Source of the DNA: Gammaproteobacteria bacterium
GTDB lineage: Bacteria > Pseudomonadota > Gammaproteobacteria > CAISUE01
Length of the DNA stretch: 64,000 nt
Assembly (NCBI GenBank): GCA_021156105.1
Contig: JAJNBD010000002.1
Coordinates: forward strand, 59,701 to 123,700
Direction of reading: 5' to 3'
Shown here: in pieces, positions 9,981-20,014 of the stretch
Layout: every line of letters starts with the position of its first letter
Numbering within the stretch: position 1 is the stretch's first letter
Translations under genes and position numbers: made by a program
The notes under the pieces: generated by a model
Told to the model about the DNA's origin: nothing
Database searches by the model: none
What the model saw: the letters and a program-made list of their open reading frames with translations, nothing else

Positions 9981-10835
9981 CTAAGGTTGAGGGCGGCTAT
10001 TAACAGTTTCAATGACATCCGCGATTATTGCTGGGCGGACAGCTAAAGCGGGTCTAGCCCACATGGGTGATGCTGCCGCAGCCCCTTGCGAAATCGAGGC
10101 TTTGCTTTTTAGCTCTTCAATTAAGGGGGTTAAACGTATGCTATCAAGTATGCTACGCGTTGCGGCATAGTACTGCGCCGAGGGTGACAGATGCGCTTCT
10201 GCCGCGGTTTGAGGAATAGGGGAAGCTTGTTCAACTGCAAGCTGTGGAAAAGTATGTTTCCTTACTATCGAAACTATTTCGTCACGAAATTGCCCTGCAA
10301 GAATATGGGGCGGCATATGAGGAAATGCATGTAAGAACTCAATTAAAGCTGGTGATATAGGTGTTTCCAAAAGTCCGGTGGGCCGTTCGTTTGGGGTGTG
10401 TAAATAAACATTTAATTCTTTTTGCTTCTTTTTTATTTTTTTAAAAAGCTCTTGTTTTTCATCGACGATCTGGGTAAAAAGGCAGCTAACAACAGTTTCT
10501 TGAGTGCCATTATTAAAAGTGATTATATCCCAGGGGAAAGCGTCTTTAAAATTCAGTGAGAGAACGTCCGTGCTAATGCTTAAAACTGCACAAAAAGAGT
10601 GGTGTAAAGCCTGTAATAACTCTCTGGCTTCTACAAAAATTTTTATTTCCTCCTCGCGCAACTTAGGGGTTTTGCCATAAAGTGCGATAAATGTTTGGCA
10701 GCTAGCATGGTGTTGGCCTAGGCTTTGTAATCTGCTATGAATATCTTCAATTAACGTCTTCTTTTGCCCATCTGCAATGGGTATTTCAAGAATAAATTTT
10801 TGATTAACAATAATTGTATAAATATTTTCTGACAT
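9981..10835 (-). CDS. orphan protein, paralog A of a tandem pair
   Basis: 284 aa. The blocks TIIVNQKFILEIPI, EDIHS and FPWDIITFNNG match the gene at 9141..9950. Confidence 0.6.
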   Translation of the reverse strand: MSENIYTIIVNQKFILEIPIADGQKKTLIEDIHSRLQSLGQHHASCQTFIALYGKTPKLREEEIKIFVEARELLQALHHSFCAVLSISTDVLSLNFKDAFPWDIITFNNGTQETVVSCLFTQIVDEKQELFKKIKKKQKELNVYLHTPNERPTGLLETPISPALIEFLHAFPHMPPHILAGQFRDEIVSIVRKHTFPQLAVEQASPIPQTAAEAHLSPSAQYYAATRSILDSIRLTPLIEELKSKASISQGAAAASPMWARPALAVRPAIIADVIETVNSRPQP

Positions 10836-10942
10836 AAATGTTTCCTTATTGTTTTTATCTTTTCTCTATTTATAGCGTATTTTTGTTAGAGAAACAATAA
10901 GGCTTGATGTTTGATGAGTTTTTTTAATATAAATACATATGA

Positions 10943-10978
10943 TTACGCCGCGTTGCTCGGTGGAGCAGCGCGGCGTAA
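10943..10978 (-). terminator. hairpin downstream of gatB
   Basis: TTACGCCGCGTTGCTC-ggtg-GAGCAGCGCGGCGTAA, a 16-bp stem 10 nt past the gatB stop. Confidence 0.55.
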
Positions 10979-10988
10979 GGGCAGAAAA

Positions 10989-12431
10989 TTAGTTATTAGA
11001 CTTTAATTTTGCTAATAATAATTCATTAAGTTGTTGTGGGTTGGCTTGGCCTTTAGTTGCTTTCATAACTTGTCCAACGAAGAATGCAAATAGTTTGTCT
11101 TTGCCGGCGCGATAGTCATTAAGCTGTTGTGGATTAGCCGTCATCACTTCTTCAATAACTTTTTCTAAGGCGCTAGAATCGGTCATTTGCTTCAAACCGC
11201 GAGCTTCAATGATATGATCGGCCGTATCATTGCTTTCACACATTGCTTCAAAGACAGTTTTAGCCATTTTTCCAGAGATCGTATTATCCTGAATGCGCGC
11301 GATTAAGCCTGCTAAGCGTTCACCAGAAATTGGGCTTGCTTCAATCGATAAATTGTTTTTATTTAAAAATGCAGCAAGGTCACCCATCACCCAGTTTGCG
11401 ACAAGTTTTGGTGCCGCCTGAGAGAGTTTAACAACCGTTTCAAAGTAATCGGCTAGTCCACGTTCTGCTGTTAAGACTTTAGCATCATAAGCGCTTAATT
11501 GGTAATCGCTTTGGAAGCGCGCGGCTTTTTCCCAGGGAAGCTCAGGCATACTTTGGCTTGCGGCAGCCATCATGCTTTCGCTAACGTAGAGCGTTAATAA
11601 ATCAGGGTCGGGGAAATAACGATAATCATTAGCGGCTTCTTTGCTACGCATACTACGTGTTGTATTAGTGCTAGCATCATATAAGCGCGTTTCTTGAACA
11701 ATAATTCCGCCACTTTCTAAAACTTCTTTTTGGCGCTCAATTTCATAATTAATGGCTTTTTCTACATAGCGGAAAGAGTTTACATTTTTAATTTCTGCGC
11801 GTGTGCCAAATTCTTTTTGTCCGACAGGGCGGATTGAAACGTTAGCATCGCAACGAAAAGAACCTTCCTGCATATTGCCATCACAAATACCTAAGTAAGT
11901 GACTAAAGCATGTAGCGTTTTTAAATAAGCCACGGCTTCTTCGGCAGAGCGTAAATCGGGTTCTGAAACGATCTCTAAGAGTGGTGTGCCAGCACGGTTT
12001 AAATCAATGCCTGACATGTGGGGGATCGCATCGTGCAAAGATTTACCGGCATCTTCTTCTAAGTGTGCCCGGGTGATACCAACGCGTTTGGTTTGGCCGT
12101 TATCAAGTTCAATGTCTAAATAACCTTTGCCAACAATCGGTGTTTGGTATTGGCTAATTTGATAGCCTTTAGGTAAATCTGGATAAAAATATTGTTTGCG
12201 TTCAAATGTGGAATAAGGATTAATTTCAGCATGAACGGCAAGGCCAAATTTTAATGCCATTTCTACTGCTGTTTTATTTAACACAGGTAATACACCAGGA
12301 AAAGCCAAATCAACTAAGCAAGCTTGACTGTTAGGTGTAGCCCCATAAGCGGTAGAAGCGCCAGAAAAAATTTTAGATTTTGTTAAAAGTTGCGTATGCA
12401 CTTCTAAACCAATAATAACTTCCCATTGCAT
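10989..12431 (-). CDS. gatB: Asp-tRNA(Asn)/Glu-tRNA(Gln) amidotransferase subunit B
   Basis: Canonical N-terminus [15 protein letters not shown] and a C-terminal YqeY-like tail. The ATG at 12431 has an AAAGAGAG Shine-Dalgarno, so the ORF-track extension to 12467 is rejected. Confidence 0.97.
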   Translation of the reverse strand: MQWEVIIGLEVHTQLLTKSKIFSGASTAYGATPNSQACLVDLAFPGVLPVLNKTAVEMALKFGLAVHAEINPYSTFERKQYFYPDLPKGYQISQYQTPIVGKGYLDIELDNGQTKRVGITRAHLEEDAGKSLHDAIPHMSGIDLNRAGTPLLEIVSEPDLRSAEEAVAYLKTLHALVTYLGICDGNMQEGSFRCDANVSIRPVGQKEFGTRAEIKNVNSFRYVEKAINYEIERQKEVLESGGIIVQETRLYDASTNTTRSMRSKEAANDYRYFPDPDLLTLYVSESMMAAASQSMPELPWEKAARFQSDYQLSAYDAKVLTAERGLADYFETVVKLSQAAPKLVANWVMGDLAAFLNKNNLSIEASPISGERLAGLIARIQDNTISGKMAKTVFEAMCESNDTADHIIEARGLKQMTDSSALEKVIEEVMTANPQQLNDYRAGKDKLFAFFVGQVMKATKGQANPQQLNELLLAKLKSNN

Positions 12432-12455
12432 ATAAATACTCTCTTTAATCAAATT

Positions 12456-12665
12456 CCCTCTCCCCACCGGGGAGGGGGTGGCGCAAAGCGCCGGGTGAGG
12501 GGCAAATTTGGCAGAATGTCGCCAAGTGTTATATATCTATAGCTGCGTGCCTTTGCCTCTTCACCTTTGGTCCCTCTTCCCTTTGGGGAGAGGAAAGCAT
12601 TGCATATTGAACGAGGTGGTTAATTCACTCCCTCATCCTAGGCCCTTTCCCCGCAGGGGAAAGGG
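12456..12665. repeat. GC-rich triple-palindrome (REP/MITE-like) element in the gatA-gatB spacer
   Basis: CCCTCTCCCC-acc-GGGGAGGGGG (12456..12478), GGCGC-aaa-GCGCC (12480..12492), CCCTCTTCCC-ttt-GGGGAGAGG (12572..12593), CCCTTTCCCC-gca-GGGGAAAGGG (12643..12665). Confidence 0.75.
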
Positions 12666-12669
12666 AGTG

Positions 12670-14115
12670 TTAGATTGATGGCATTTGTTTATGCCAATCG
12701 GTTATTTGTTGATATTGGTGCGCAACATTAAGTAAACGCGCTTCATCAAAGTGCTTGCCAATCAATTGCAAGCCGACTGGTAAACCGTCGATAAATCCTG
12801 CGGGAATAGATAGCCCAGGCGAACCAACAAGGTTCGTTGCAAGCGTATAAATGTCTGACAAGTACATGCTGACAGGGTCTTGAGCTTTTTCGCCTGATTT
12901 GAAAGCAGCGTTTGGTGTCACAGGCCCTAAAATCATATCCACCTTTTCAAAAGCTGCATGAAAATCATTGGCAATTAAACGGCGTACTTTTTGCGCTTGT
13001 AAATAATAAGCATCATAGTAACCCGCAGATAATACATAGGTACCAACTAAAATTCGACGTTTAACTTCGGCGCCAAAACCTTCCGCTCGGCTCCGTTGAT
13101 AAAGGTCTAATAAATCTTTTGGATTATCACAGCGGTGTCCATAGCGCACGCCATCATACCGCGCAAGATTAGCAGAACATTCTGCTGGTGCAATCACGTA
13201 ATAAACGGGCAACGAATGTTTAACGTTTGGTAAGCTGATTTCTTGCAAAGTCGCGCCTTGTGCTTCTAAAGCTTTTGCAGCCGTATGAATTAACTCGGCC
13301 ATTTTAGGGTCTAAACCCTCAAAGTATTCTTTAGGTAAACCAATTTTTAAACCTTTTAGCGAGTCTTGTAATTTTGTGGTGTAATCAGGCACGGGGAGAT
13401 CAATGCTGGTGGAATCTTTTTCGTCATGACCAGCCATAGCATTCATGACTAACGCAATATCTTCCGCTGTTTGTGCCATAATGCCGCCTTGATCTAAGCT
13501 GGAAGCAAAGGCAATCATTCCCCAGCGAGAAACACGACCATAAGTTGGTTTTAAACCGCTAATGCCGCAAAGGGCAGCTGGTTGGCGAATAGAGCCGCCT
13601 GTGTCAGTTGCAGTGGCCATTGGTGCAAGGCGCGCCGCAACAGCAGCAGCAGAACCGCCTGAAGATCCGCCAGGAACGTAATCAATGTTCCAAGGATTTT
13701 TAACGTTGCCATAGAAACTGTTTTCATTTGATGAACCCATGGCAAATTCATCCATATTCGTTTTACCAAGCATCACCATGCCAGCATCGTTGAGCTTGCT
13801 GACAACGGTTGCATCATAAGGTGCAATAAAATTATCCAACATTTTAGAGGCGCAACTGGTTTTAATACCATTGGTGCAAAAGATATCTTTGTGTGCCATG
13901 GGGATGCCGGTTAATGGGCCTGCTTCCCCAGTAGATAATTTTTTATCCGCTGCTTTTGCTTGGGCTAGCGCATGTTCTGCTGTTACGGTAATAAATGAAT
14001 TGAGTTTTGGATCAAGCGCCGCAATGCGGTCAAGATAAAGCTGAGTTAATTCTTGGCTGGAAATTTTTCCTGCTGCCAAGGCGTGAGCTAATTCTTTAAT
14101 GGAGTAAGTAAACAT
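12670..14115 (-). CDS. gatA: Asp-tRNA(Asn)/Glu-tRNA(Gln) amidotransferase subunit A
   Basis: Amidase signature [13 protein letters not shown] and full length of 481 aa. Confidence 0.97.
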   Translation of the reverse strand: MFTYSIKELAHALAAGKISSQELTQLYLDRIAALDPKLNSFITVTAEHALAQAKAADKKLSTGEAGPLTGIPMAHKDIFCTNGIKTSCASKMLDNFIAPYDATVVSKLNDAGMVMLGKTNMDEFAMGSSNENSFYGNVKNPWNIDYVPGGSSGGSAAAVAARLAPMATATDTGGSIRQPAALCGISGLKPTYGRVSRWGMIAFASSLDQGGIMAQTAEDIALVMNAMAGHDEKDSTSIDLPVPDYTTKLQDSLKGLKIGLPKEYFEGLDPKMAELIHTAAKALEAQGATLQEISLPNVKHSLPVYYVIAPAECSANLARYDGVRYGHRCDNPKDLLDLYQRSRAEGFGAEVKRRILVGTYVLSAGYYDAYYLQAQKVRRLIANDFHAAFEKVDMILGPVTPNAAFKSGEKAQDPVSMYLSDIYTLATNLVGSPGLSIPAGFIDGLPVGLQLIGKHFDEARLLNVAHQYQQITDWHKQMPSI

Positions 14116-14393
14116 TATTCAATAACCTGTGGAACAAGATAAAGGTCAGCTGCAACTTTCGGTGCAAGTTTTTGATAAGTAACATGCTGGTCTGTTTCAG
14201 TGACAACATCTTCACGTAGCGTTTGATATTGTTCTAAAGGACTGGCTAGCGGTGCTACATTTGTGGTATCAATTTTGACTAAGTCATCGATCATTGCCAT
14301 GACATTTTCAAGTTTAGGTTTGACAGCGGCAATTTCTTCTTCAGACATTGCAATTCTGGCAAGGTAAGCAACTTTCGGGATATCAAAAGACAT
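14115..14393 (-). CDS. gatC: Asp-tRNA(Asn)/Glu-tRNA(Gln) amidotransferase subunit C
   Basis: [20 protein letters not shown]... from the ATG at 14393. The stop overlaps the gatA start by 1 nt (TAATG). Confidence 0.9.
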   Translation of the reverse strand: MSFDIPKVAYLARIAMSEEEIAAVKPKLENVMAMIDDLVKIDTTNVAPLASPLEQYQTLREDVVTETDQHVTYQKLAPKVAADLYLVPQVIE

Positions 14394-14464
14394 AGCGTGG
14401 AATCTTACATAAAAGAAAAATATTTTAACATAGATCAATTAGGTAGGCGATTACTTACCGAAAT

Positions 14465-14492
14465 TAGCTTCAGTGCAAATGCACTGAAGCTA
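14465..14492 (-). terminator. hairpin downstream of the 14510..15193 gene
   Basis: TAGCTTCAGTGCA-aa-TGCACTGAAGCTA, a perfect 13-bp palindrome. Confidence 0.6.
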
Positions 14493-14509
14493 AGGAATGG
14501 AGGGCAAGA

Positions 14510-15193
14510 TTAGTGCAAGAATTTGGACTGCTGTAACCATTTGGGATCATTCGCGTAGGCGAAAATAAGGGTGCCGCCTTTAATGGTGCCAATAATTTTT
14601 TTAACATCTTTAGGGTTTAGTGCAGGGCAGCCCCAGCTGCGGCCAACAATACCATGTTGTGCAATAAATTCTTTGCACACATAAGGGGCTGGGTGAATCA
14701 CAATAGAGCGTGACCAAGCATTACCGTTAAAGCCAGGCTCTAAACCTTCGAGGCGCAAAGAGTAACCATGGCGGCCAAAATATGCCTGAGGCGCTGTCAT
14801 ATACATCCCGACGCTAGAAGCACGGCTATTAATGCTGTCAGAGAAGTTTGTCGCGTATAAATCACCGCTATTAATGCCGTGCGCAACTAATTCCTTAAAT
14901 AATACTTTGTTATGATCTAAATCAATGACCCAGAAACGATTACAGTCAGAAGGGCGAGAGTAATCAATAATCGTTAAGATATGTTTTTCTCCATACCCAG
15001 CTTTTTGTGCGTTGTTATACGCATAGAGCGCTAAGGCAGCAACTTTGGGAGATAAATATTGCGTTTGTGCAGCAATTACTTTAGCGCGGTCAGGAACATT
15101 ATCGACGACATGAGGGATATGGGGTTTTTGCAATTGACAAGCTGTTAAGCATAAGGCCAATAATAATATAAAAGATCTCAGAATATTTCGCAT
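14510..15193 (-). CDS. L,D-transpeptidase catalytic-domain family lipoprotein (YkuD_2-like)
   Basis: Lipobox LTAC at the N-terminus, plus HGINSG and a C-terminal GRSWGCPAL active-site-like Cys motif. Confidence 0.7.
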   Translation of the reverse strand: MRNILRSFILLLALCLTACQLQKPHIPHVVDNVPDRAKVIAAQTQYLSPKVAALALYAYNNAQKAGYGEKHILTIIDYSRPSDCNRFWVIDLDHNKVLFKELVAHGINSGDLYATNFSDSINSRASSVGMYMTAPQAYFGRHGYSLRLEGLEPGFNGNAWSRSIVIHPAPYVCKEFIAQHGIVGRSWGCPALNPKDVKKIIGTIKGGTLIFAYANDPKWLQQSKFLH

Positions 15194-15277
15194 GTTTTAA
15201 CAGGTGTTTATTTTTAAGTGCTTAATTATATCACAATATTTTAAAAAAGGCGGGTGGTAGCTGGAAAGTGGTAAAGA

Positions 15278-16195
15278 CTAAGGAAAACGCCGTGAGCTAG
15301 GTTTTTGATCTTCGTTAGGTTTAGGTAATAAGGGAGCTGCTTCAGTAGGGAAAGCCCCAACTGTTGCTTGGCTTTGAGGATGGTTAGCTTGAGGAGAGAA
15401 AAGGGATGAAAATGTTTGTGTTGTAGATGGCGCAGAAACGGGTGGTTTTTGCATTGAAGGAGGCGGGGGCGCGGTCATGTCGGCTGTCGGAATAATTAAT
15501 GTTTCTGGTCTGTCGGGGCGCGGTAAGGTTCGCGATTGATAAATTTCTCGCTGCGTCACTTCTGGGCAAAGAATTTTCATGATGCGTCGCTCTAGTTTCT
15601 GCAAGCGGCTGCTGATGGCATTTAAGCGCTCTTCTAATTTAACAATTCGACGAGCAAGTTTGTCTTGTCTTTGGCGATTAATGCTGTCACTTGCTAAATT
15701 AACTTCGAGAGATTTTTGGATTGTATCGAGTAATTCCCGAGCATCGGTTAACCGACTTTTACCCTCAGGAAATTTATCATTTTTTATTCGTTCAAGTTTT
15801 TGAAGATCAAAATTTCGTTTGTAATGAATTTTCTTATCAATTTCAGTATGGGCATGATCTAAAGCACGGATATGTTGTTCAATTTTTTTATAATCTTCTT
15901 CCGCCCTATCAAGGAAATATTTTTCTCCGGTTACTTTTTCGCTAAGAAAGTTATTGATTGATTGGGCCGTATGGTCAAGTTCTCGCCAGATAAATCTTGT
16001 TGCTTGAGTGGCGGTAGCAGTAAAAGCTGTTGCAGCTGCGATGCAGGCACAGACCAGCCTTAACCAAGCGGGTTCAGGCAGACCTAGTGAGATAGGAAGT
16101 TGGTAAATGCCATTAAAAAATATTGCACTCGTGACAGTGGGCATTAATATTATCGCAATAATCGCAATAAACAACATTATTATTTTAATTAACAT
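15278..16195 (-). CDS. orphan membrane protein with coiled-coil and Pro-rich tail
   Basis: Two N-terminal hydrophobic helices, a long charged heptad-like region (KLERIKND..., RIVKLEERLNAISSRLQKLERR), then a P/S/Q-rich C-terminus. Confidence 0.6.
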   Translation of the reverse strand: MLIKIIMLFIAIIAIILMPTVTSAIFFNGIYQLPISLGLPEPAWLRLVCACIAAATAFTATATQATRFIWRELDHTAQSINNFLSEKVTGEKYFLDRAEEDYKKIEQHIRALDHAHTEIDKKIHYKRNFDLQKLERIKNDKFPEGKSRLTDARELLDTIQKSLEVNLASDSINRQRQDKLARRIVKLEERLNAISSRLQKLERRIMKILCPEVTQREIYQSRTLPRPDRPETLIIPTADMTAPPPPSMQKPPVSAPSTTQTFSSLFSPQANHPQSQATVGAFPTEAAPLLPKPNEDQKPSSRRFP

Positions 16196-16258
16196 AAACC
16201 TTTGGCTATTTTGCAGTAGCTAATAACATGCAAAAATGGGGCCAAGAATTATGAATGC

Positions 16259-18079
16259 TTAGCGACCGCGTAAAAATAATTTATCAATTTCAGCTAGCGA
16301 TAAAGAATGTACCGTAGGGCGCCCGTGGTTGCACTGCGCATAGCGTGGTGTTTTTTCCATAGTACGCAATAAATTATTCATTTCTGGGATCGTTAACTGG
16401 TGATTAGTTTTAATGGCACGCTTACAAGCAACATTACCTAACCGTTCCATTAAGATATTCTGTAAGCGGTGGTTTTTTAAACCATGCGCGTTGATATCCG
16501 CTAAAATATCTTGCAACAATATTTCAACATTAAAATTCATTAACGCAGTTGGAATGCTGGAAACGCGAAGGCTATCGTGACTTAAACGATCAAGATCAAA
16601 TCCCATTACTTGGAATGCGGTTTGATTTTGTTCAGCCAGTTCTGCTTCTAGGGGCGAAACTTTGATGACCAGTGGGACTAAAAGTTTTTGTTGAGTAATT
16701 TGTTGTTGCTCAATATTTTGTTTCATTTGTTCATAAATAATGCGTTCATGGGCAGCATGCATATCTACTATCAATAAGCCTTCAGAATTTTGTGCCAAAA
16801 TAAAAGTATTATGTAACTGGCCGATGGCATAACCGAGAGGAGGCTCTTTCTCGAGTGAGGCAAAAGTTTCCTCACGTGGGTGGAGGTGTTGATAAGCTGC
16901 AATAGTTTCCCGGACTTGTAAGGTCTGTTGTTTGGGAGGTGGATTTCCCTGAAAGCGAAAGCCCAGGCCTTTTTCCGATTGGGATAATACTTCTGATTTT
17001 GATGAAGTTGTATATTCGGTTTTAGGTAAAGAAAAAGCTTCTGCTGGCTTTGGCTGCAGGGTTTCTGCAGTGTCTTGGCTTCCTTGGGCGATTGCTTGGT
17101 GAATGGCATGAAAAATAAAATCATGCACAAATTGTGATTCGCGAAAGCGAACTTCATGTTTAGTCGGGTGAACGTTAACATCAACAAGCTCTGGATTACA
17201 TTCAAAAAATAACACAAAAACAGGATGGCGCTGGCCATACATCACATCTTGGTAAGCTTGAGCAATCGCATGGTTGACGACTTTATCACGTACCACGCGG
17301 CCATTAATATAAAAGTATTGTTGATCGCGTTGGCTGCGGGAGTGCGTTGGTAAACCAATCCAGCCATGCAATTTTAAATCATGCCGTTCAAAATCGATCG
17401 CAAGACAATGATTTAAAAAATTATCACCTAATAAAGTTTTCAAGCGTTGTTCTTGAGCAAGCGTGTTATTTGCAACAGGCACTTGCCATAACAATTTTCC
17501 ATTATGTTTTAAACTAAAGGCAATATTGAAATGGCTTAAAGCAATTCTACGTACGACTTCTTCTAGATGGTTAAATTCAGTGTTTTCACTTTTTAAAAAC
17601 TTTCGACGAGCAGGAGTATTAAAAAATAAATCTTGTACTTCAATGGTTGTGCCAGTGGGATGAGCGCTAGGCTTAAGTTCTGGTGCTTTCTCATTAAAGC
17701 TGGCGATCAATTGCCAAGCGGTATCTTGTTCTGATGTTTTTGAAGTTAATAGTAATTTTGCAACAGAGCTAATACTTGCTAAAGCTTCACCGCGAAAGCC
17801 TAAACTCATAATGTTCATTAAGTCTTCCAGCGTTTGGATTTTGCTGGTGGCATGCCGCGCTAACGCTAGCGGTAGGTCTTCTTTGTTAATCCCACAGCCA
17901 TTATCCATGATGCCGATTTTTTGTATGCCGCCTTTTTCAATGACGATATCGATTTTAGTTGCGCCAGCATCAATGGCGTTTTCTAATAATTCTTTGACGA
18001 CAGAAGCAGGCCGCTCAACAACTTCACCGGCGGCGATTTGGTTGGCAAGTAGTGGCGGAAGAATATGAATATGTGGCAT
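16259..18079 (-). CDS. mutL: DNA mismatch repair endonuclease MutL
   Basis: GHKL ATPase N-terminus LANQIAAGEVVERPASVVKELLENAIDAG and a C-terminal dimerisation domain. 606 aa. Confidence 0.97.
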   Translation of the reverse strand: MPHIHILPPLLANQIAAGEVVERPASVVKELLENAIDAGATKIDIVIEKGGIQKIGIMDNGCGINKEDLPLALARHATSKIQTLEDLMNIMSLGFRGEALASISSVAKLLLTSKTSEQDTAWQLIASFNEKAPELKPSAHPTGTTIEVQDLFFNTPARRKFLKSENTEFNHLEEVVRRIALSHFNIAFSLKHNGKLLWQVPVANNTLAQEQRLKTLLGDNFLNHCLAIDFERHDLKLHGWIGLPTHSRSQRDQQYFYINGRVVRDKVVNHAIAQAYQDVMYGQRHPVFVLFFECNPELVDVNVHPTKHEVRFRESQFVHDFIFHAIHQAIAQGSQDTAETLQPKPAEAFSLPKTEYTTSSKSEVLSQSEKGLGFRFQGNPPPKQQTLQVRETIAAYQHLHPREETFASLEKEPPLGYAIGQLHNTFILAQNSEGLLIVDMHAAHERIIYEQMKQNIEQQQITQQKLLVPLVIKVSPLEAELAEQNQTAFQVMGFDLDRLSHDSLRVSSIPTALMNFNVEILLQDILADINAHGLKNHRLQNILMERLGNVACKRAIKTNHQLTIPEMNNLLRTMEKTPRYAQCNHGRPTVHSLSLAEIDKLFLRGR

Positions 18080-18224
18080 GAGTAAATGTTCTTTTAAGCA
18101 ATGAATGATTCTATTTTAAAACATTTTGTATGATATGTTTTGCATATCGTTATTATAAAAACAATATATTTTACTTATTAAAAAAATCTTTGTATTCTTA
18201 CTCAAAAAGCAAGAGGAGAATAAT

Positions 18225-19131
18225 ATGCCCAAAAATAAGCTTGAATTACCTGATGAATTATGGGAAATAATTTTTTTTAAATTTAATTCGTGTCCAAGAT
18301 TATCAAAGTGCTGGGCGGTTGGCTCGTGTTGACAAAAATTTATGGGTGATTTTTTTGACAAGATTAAGCAGCTATGAAAGGTTATTTCAGCGACAGCTAG
18401 AAAATTGGAATAGCGAAAATGAAAACCGCTTTTCTAATCTTGTGAAAATTAAAGAGCTAACTGGAATTGAGACTTGGTTTGAATTTCTTGTGCGCGTCAA
18501 GCAATCAATGAAAAGGATAAAACAAGTCCATCTTTTTAAAAACCAAGCCATCATTAAAGCGTATAAACAGGATGATTTTGCTTTTATTATGGCAGCAATT
18601 GTGCATAAATGGAAATTACCTTTGGCAAAAGCTTTTGAGTATAAAAGTCGTGCATGTCTCATGATGATGCAACAAATAAATAGCCTTTATAAAGTGAAAA
18701 ATGCTCCTCCCACGTCAATTCGATGGATGGTGGCAGAAGAATATTATTGGATGCTTACACCCCTAGTTTATTCATTGCTTTTTGCGCAGAATCAATTTGC
18801 TTTTGAACTTGCTAAGGCAAGCCAAGATGTAGAAGCGGCTTCAGTCCTGCATGAAAACATTGATCAAGGAGAACCTTGGGCAGCGGAAGAAATGGTTTGG
18901 GAAAGTAGATATTTTACCGCGATGGATTATGCGCTGTGTTTGAAAGATGGCATAGCTGAAATGCTACTTGCTTGTGGTTTTTCTATGCCAGCACGGCGTT
19001 CAGACCTATTCCGTTGGAATGAAAAAAGTACTGCAAGTTGCTTGGTTGCTTTAAGATATAGAGAAACGAGACCTTTGGATACTAGTCATGCGCCAGAGGC
19101 GTTTCAAGGATCATTAAATTACAAAAGCTAA
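18225..19131 (+). pseudogene. F-box-like protein gene, reading frame broken at a T8 tract (or a homopolymer error)
   Basis: AAGAGGAG Shine-Dalgarno plus the ATG at 18225 gives MPKNKLELPDELWEIIFF..., which stops at 18330..18332. The +1 frame is open from inside the T8 run (18271..18278) to 19131 and has no ATG or SD of its own. Confidence 0.55.
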
Positions 19132-19132
19132 G

Positions 19133-20014
19133 TTAAATCGCTTTGCTAAGCTTTTCAAGTTGCTGGGCAAGTGCCTGTAGTAAAATATTTTTGGCGGAGC
19201 TTGTGCGCCAATATAAAGAAATTTGCCGGCTGGGTTGTGGTGCACCCAAAGGAATATAAGTAATTTTTTTGTGAGGGTAACAGGCAAGTTCAGGCATTAA
19301 GGTTAAGCCGGTGCCAGCAATAACCATATGACGTAGTGTTTCTAAGCTGGTAGCGCGAAAATTTTGTTTTTCAATATCTGTTGAATATTGGCAAAAGCTT
19401 AATACTTGATCGCGTAAGCAATGACCATCTTCTAATAGGAGTAAACCTGTTTGTTGAATGTTTTCTAGTTTGGCTTTTTTTTGCTTGGCTAGCGGGTGTG
19501 CACTTGGTACAGCTAATAAAAATTTTTCTTCAAATAAAAAATGCTGTGAAATATTGGTTTCCTGCATGGCCGTGGCAAGAATCGCCGCATCAATTTTACC
19601 TTGGCGCAACTTTTCTTCTAATACCTGTGTTTGTTCTTCGACTAAATAAAAAGAAAGTTTAGGGAATGACTGGGATAACTTTGGCATGATATGAGGCAAC
19701 AAATAAGGGCTTAACGTTGGAATAATGCCCAATTTTAATTCACCGGCAAACGGGTCTTTAGCAACTTTTGCTAATTCTCGAATTTTGTCAGCTTCTTGTA
19801 AAACGAGAATTGCTTGTTCAGCAATTGTTTGACCTATGTCGGTTAATAAGACAGATTTATTATTACGCTCAAGTAATTGTACGCCTAAGTACTTTTCAAG
19901 TTTTTTAATTTGAATGCTTAAGGCGGGTTGGCTGATAAAGCAAGCGTCAGCCGCCTTGCCAAAATGTTTAAGTTCAGCAAGAGAAACGAGGTATTTTAGA
20001 TCGCGAAGGTTCAT
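19133..20014 (-). CDS. oxyR: LysR-family hydrogen peroxide sensor OxyR
   Basis: The N-terminal wHTH MNLRDLKYLVSLAELKHFGKAADACFISQPALS is close to OxyR. LEDGHCLRDQVLSFC keeps both redox cysteines (equivalents of C199 and C208). Confidence 0.88.
   Translation of the reverse strand: MNLRDLKYLVSLAELKHFGKAADACFISQPALSIQIKKLEKYLGVQLLERNNKSVLLTDIGQTIAEQAILVLQEADKIRELAKVAKDPFAGELKLGIIPTLSPYLLPHIMPKLSQSFPKLSFYLVEEQTQVLEEKLRQGKIDAAILATAMQETNISQHFLFEEKFLLAVPSAHPLAKQKKAKLENIQQTGLLLLEDGHCLRDQVLSFCQYSTDIEKQNFRATSLETLRHMVIAGTGLTLMPELACYPHKKITYIPLGAPQPSRQISLYWRTSSAKNILLQALAQQLEKLSKAI

Noticed and set aside
12432-12467. N-terminal extensions proposed by the ORF track for gatB (to 12467), gatC (to 14438), dbpA (to 49008), the cupredoxin gene (to 45470) and the DUF3309 gene (to 43226)
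   Set aside because: Internal ATGs give the canonical family N-termini and have better Shine-Dalgarno sequences. The gatB extension would also read into the GC-rich palindrome.
16771-17238. 155-aa ORF on the minus strand inside mutL
   Set aside because: It lies wholly inside the well-supported mutL reading frame in another phase. Its composition is junk-like and it has no Shine-Dalgarno.
18116-18361. 81-aa minus-strand ORF upstream of mutL
   Set aside because: It overlaps the SD-ATG-F-box start on the opposite strand. It lies in a very AT-rich promoter region and has no motif.
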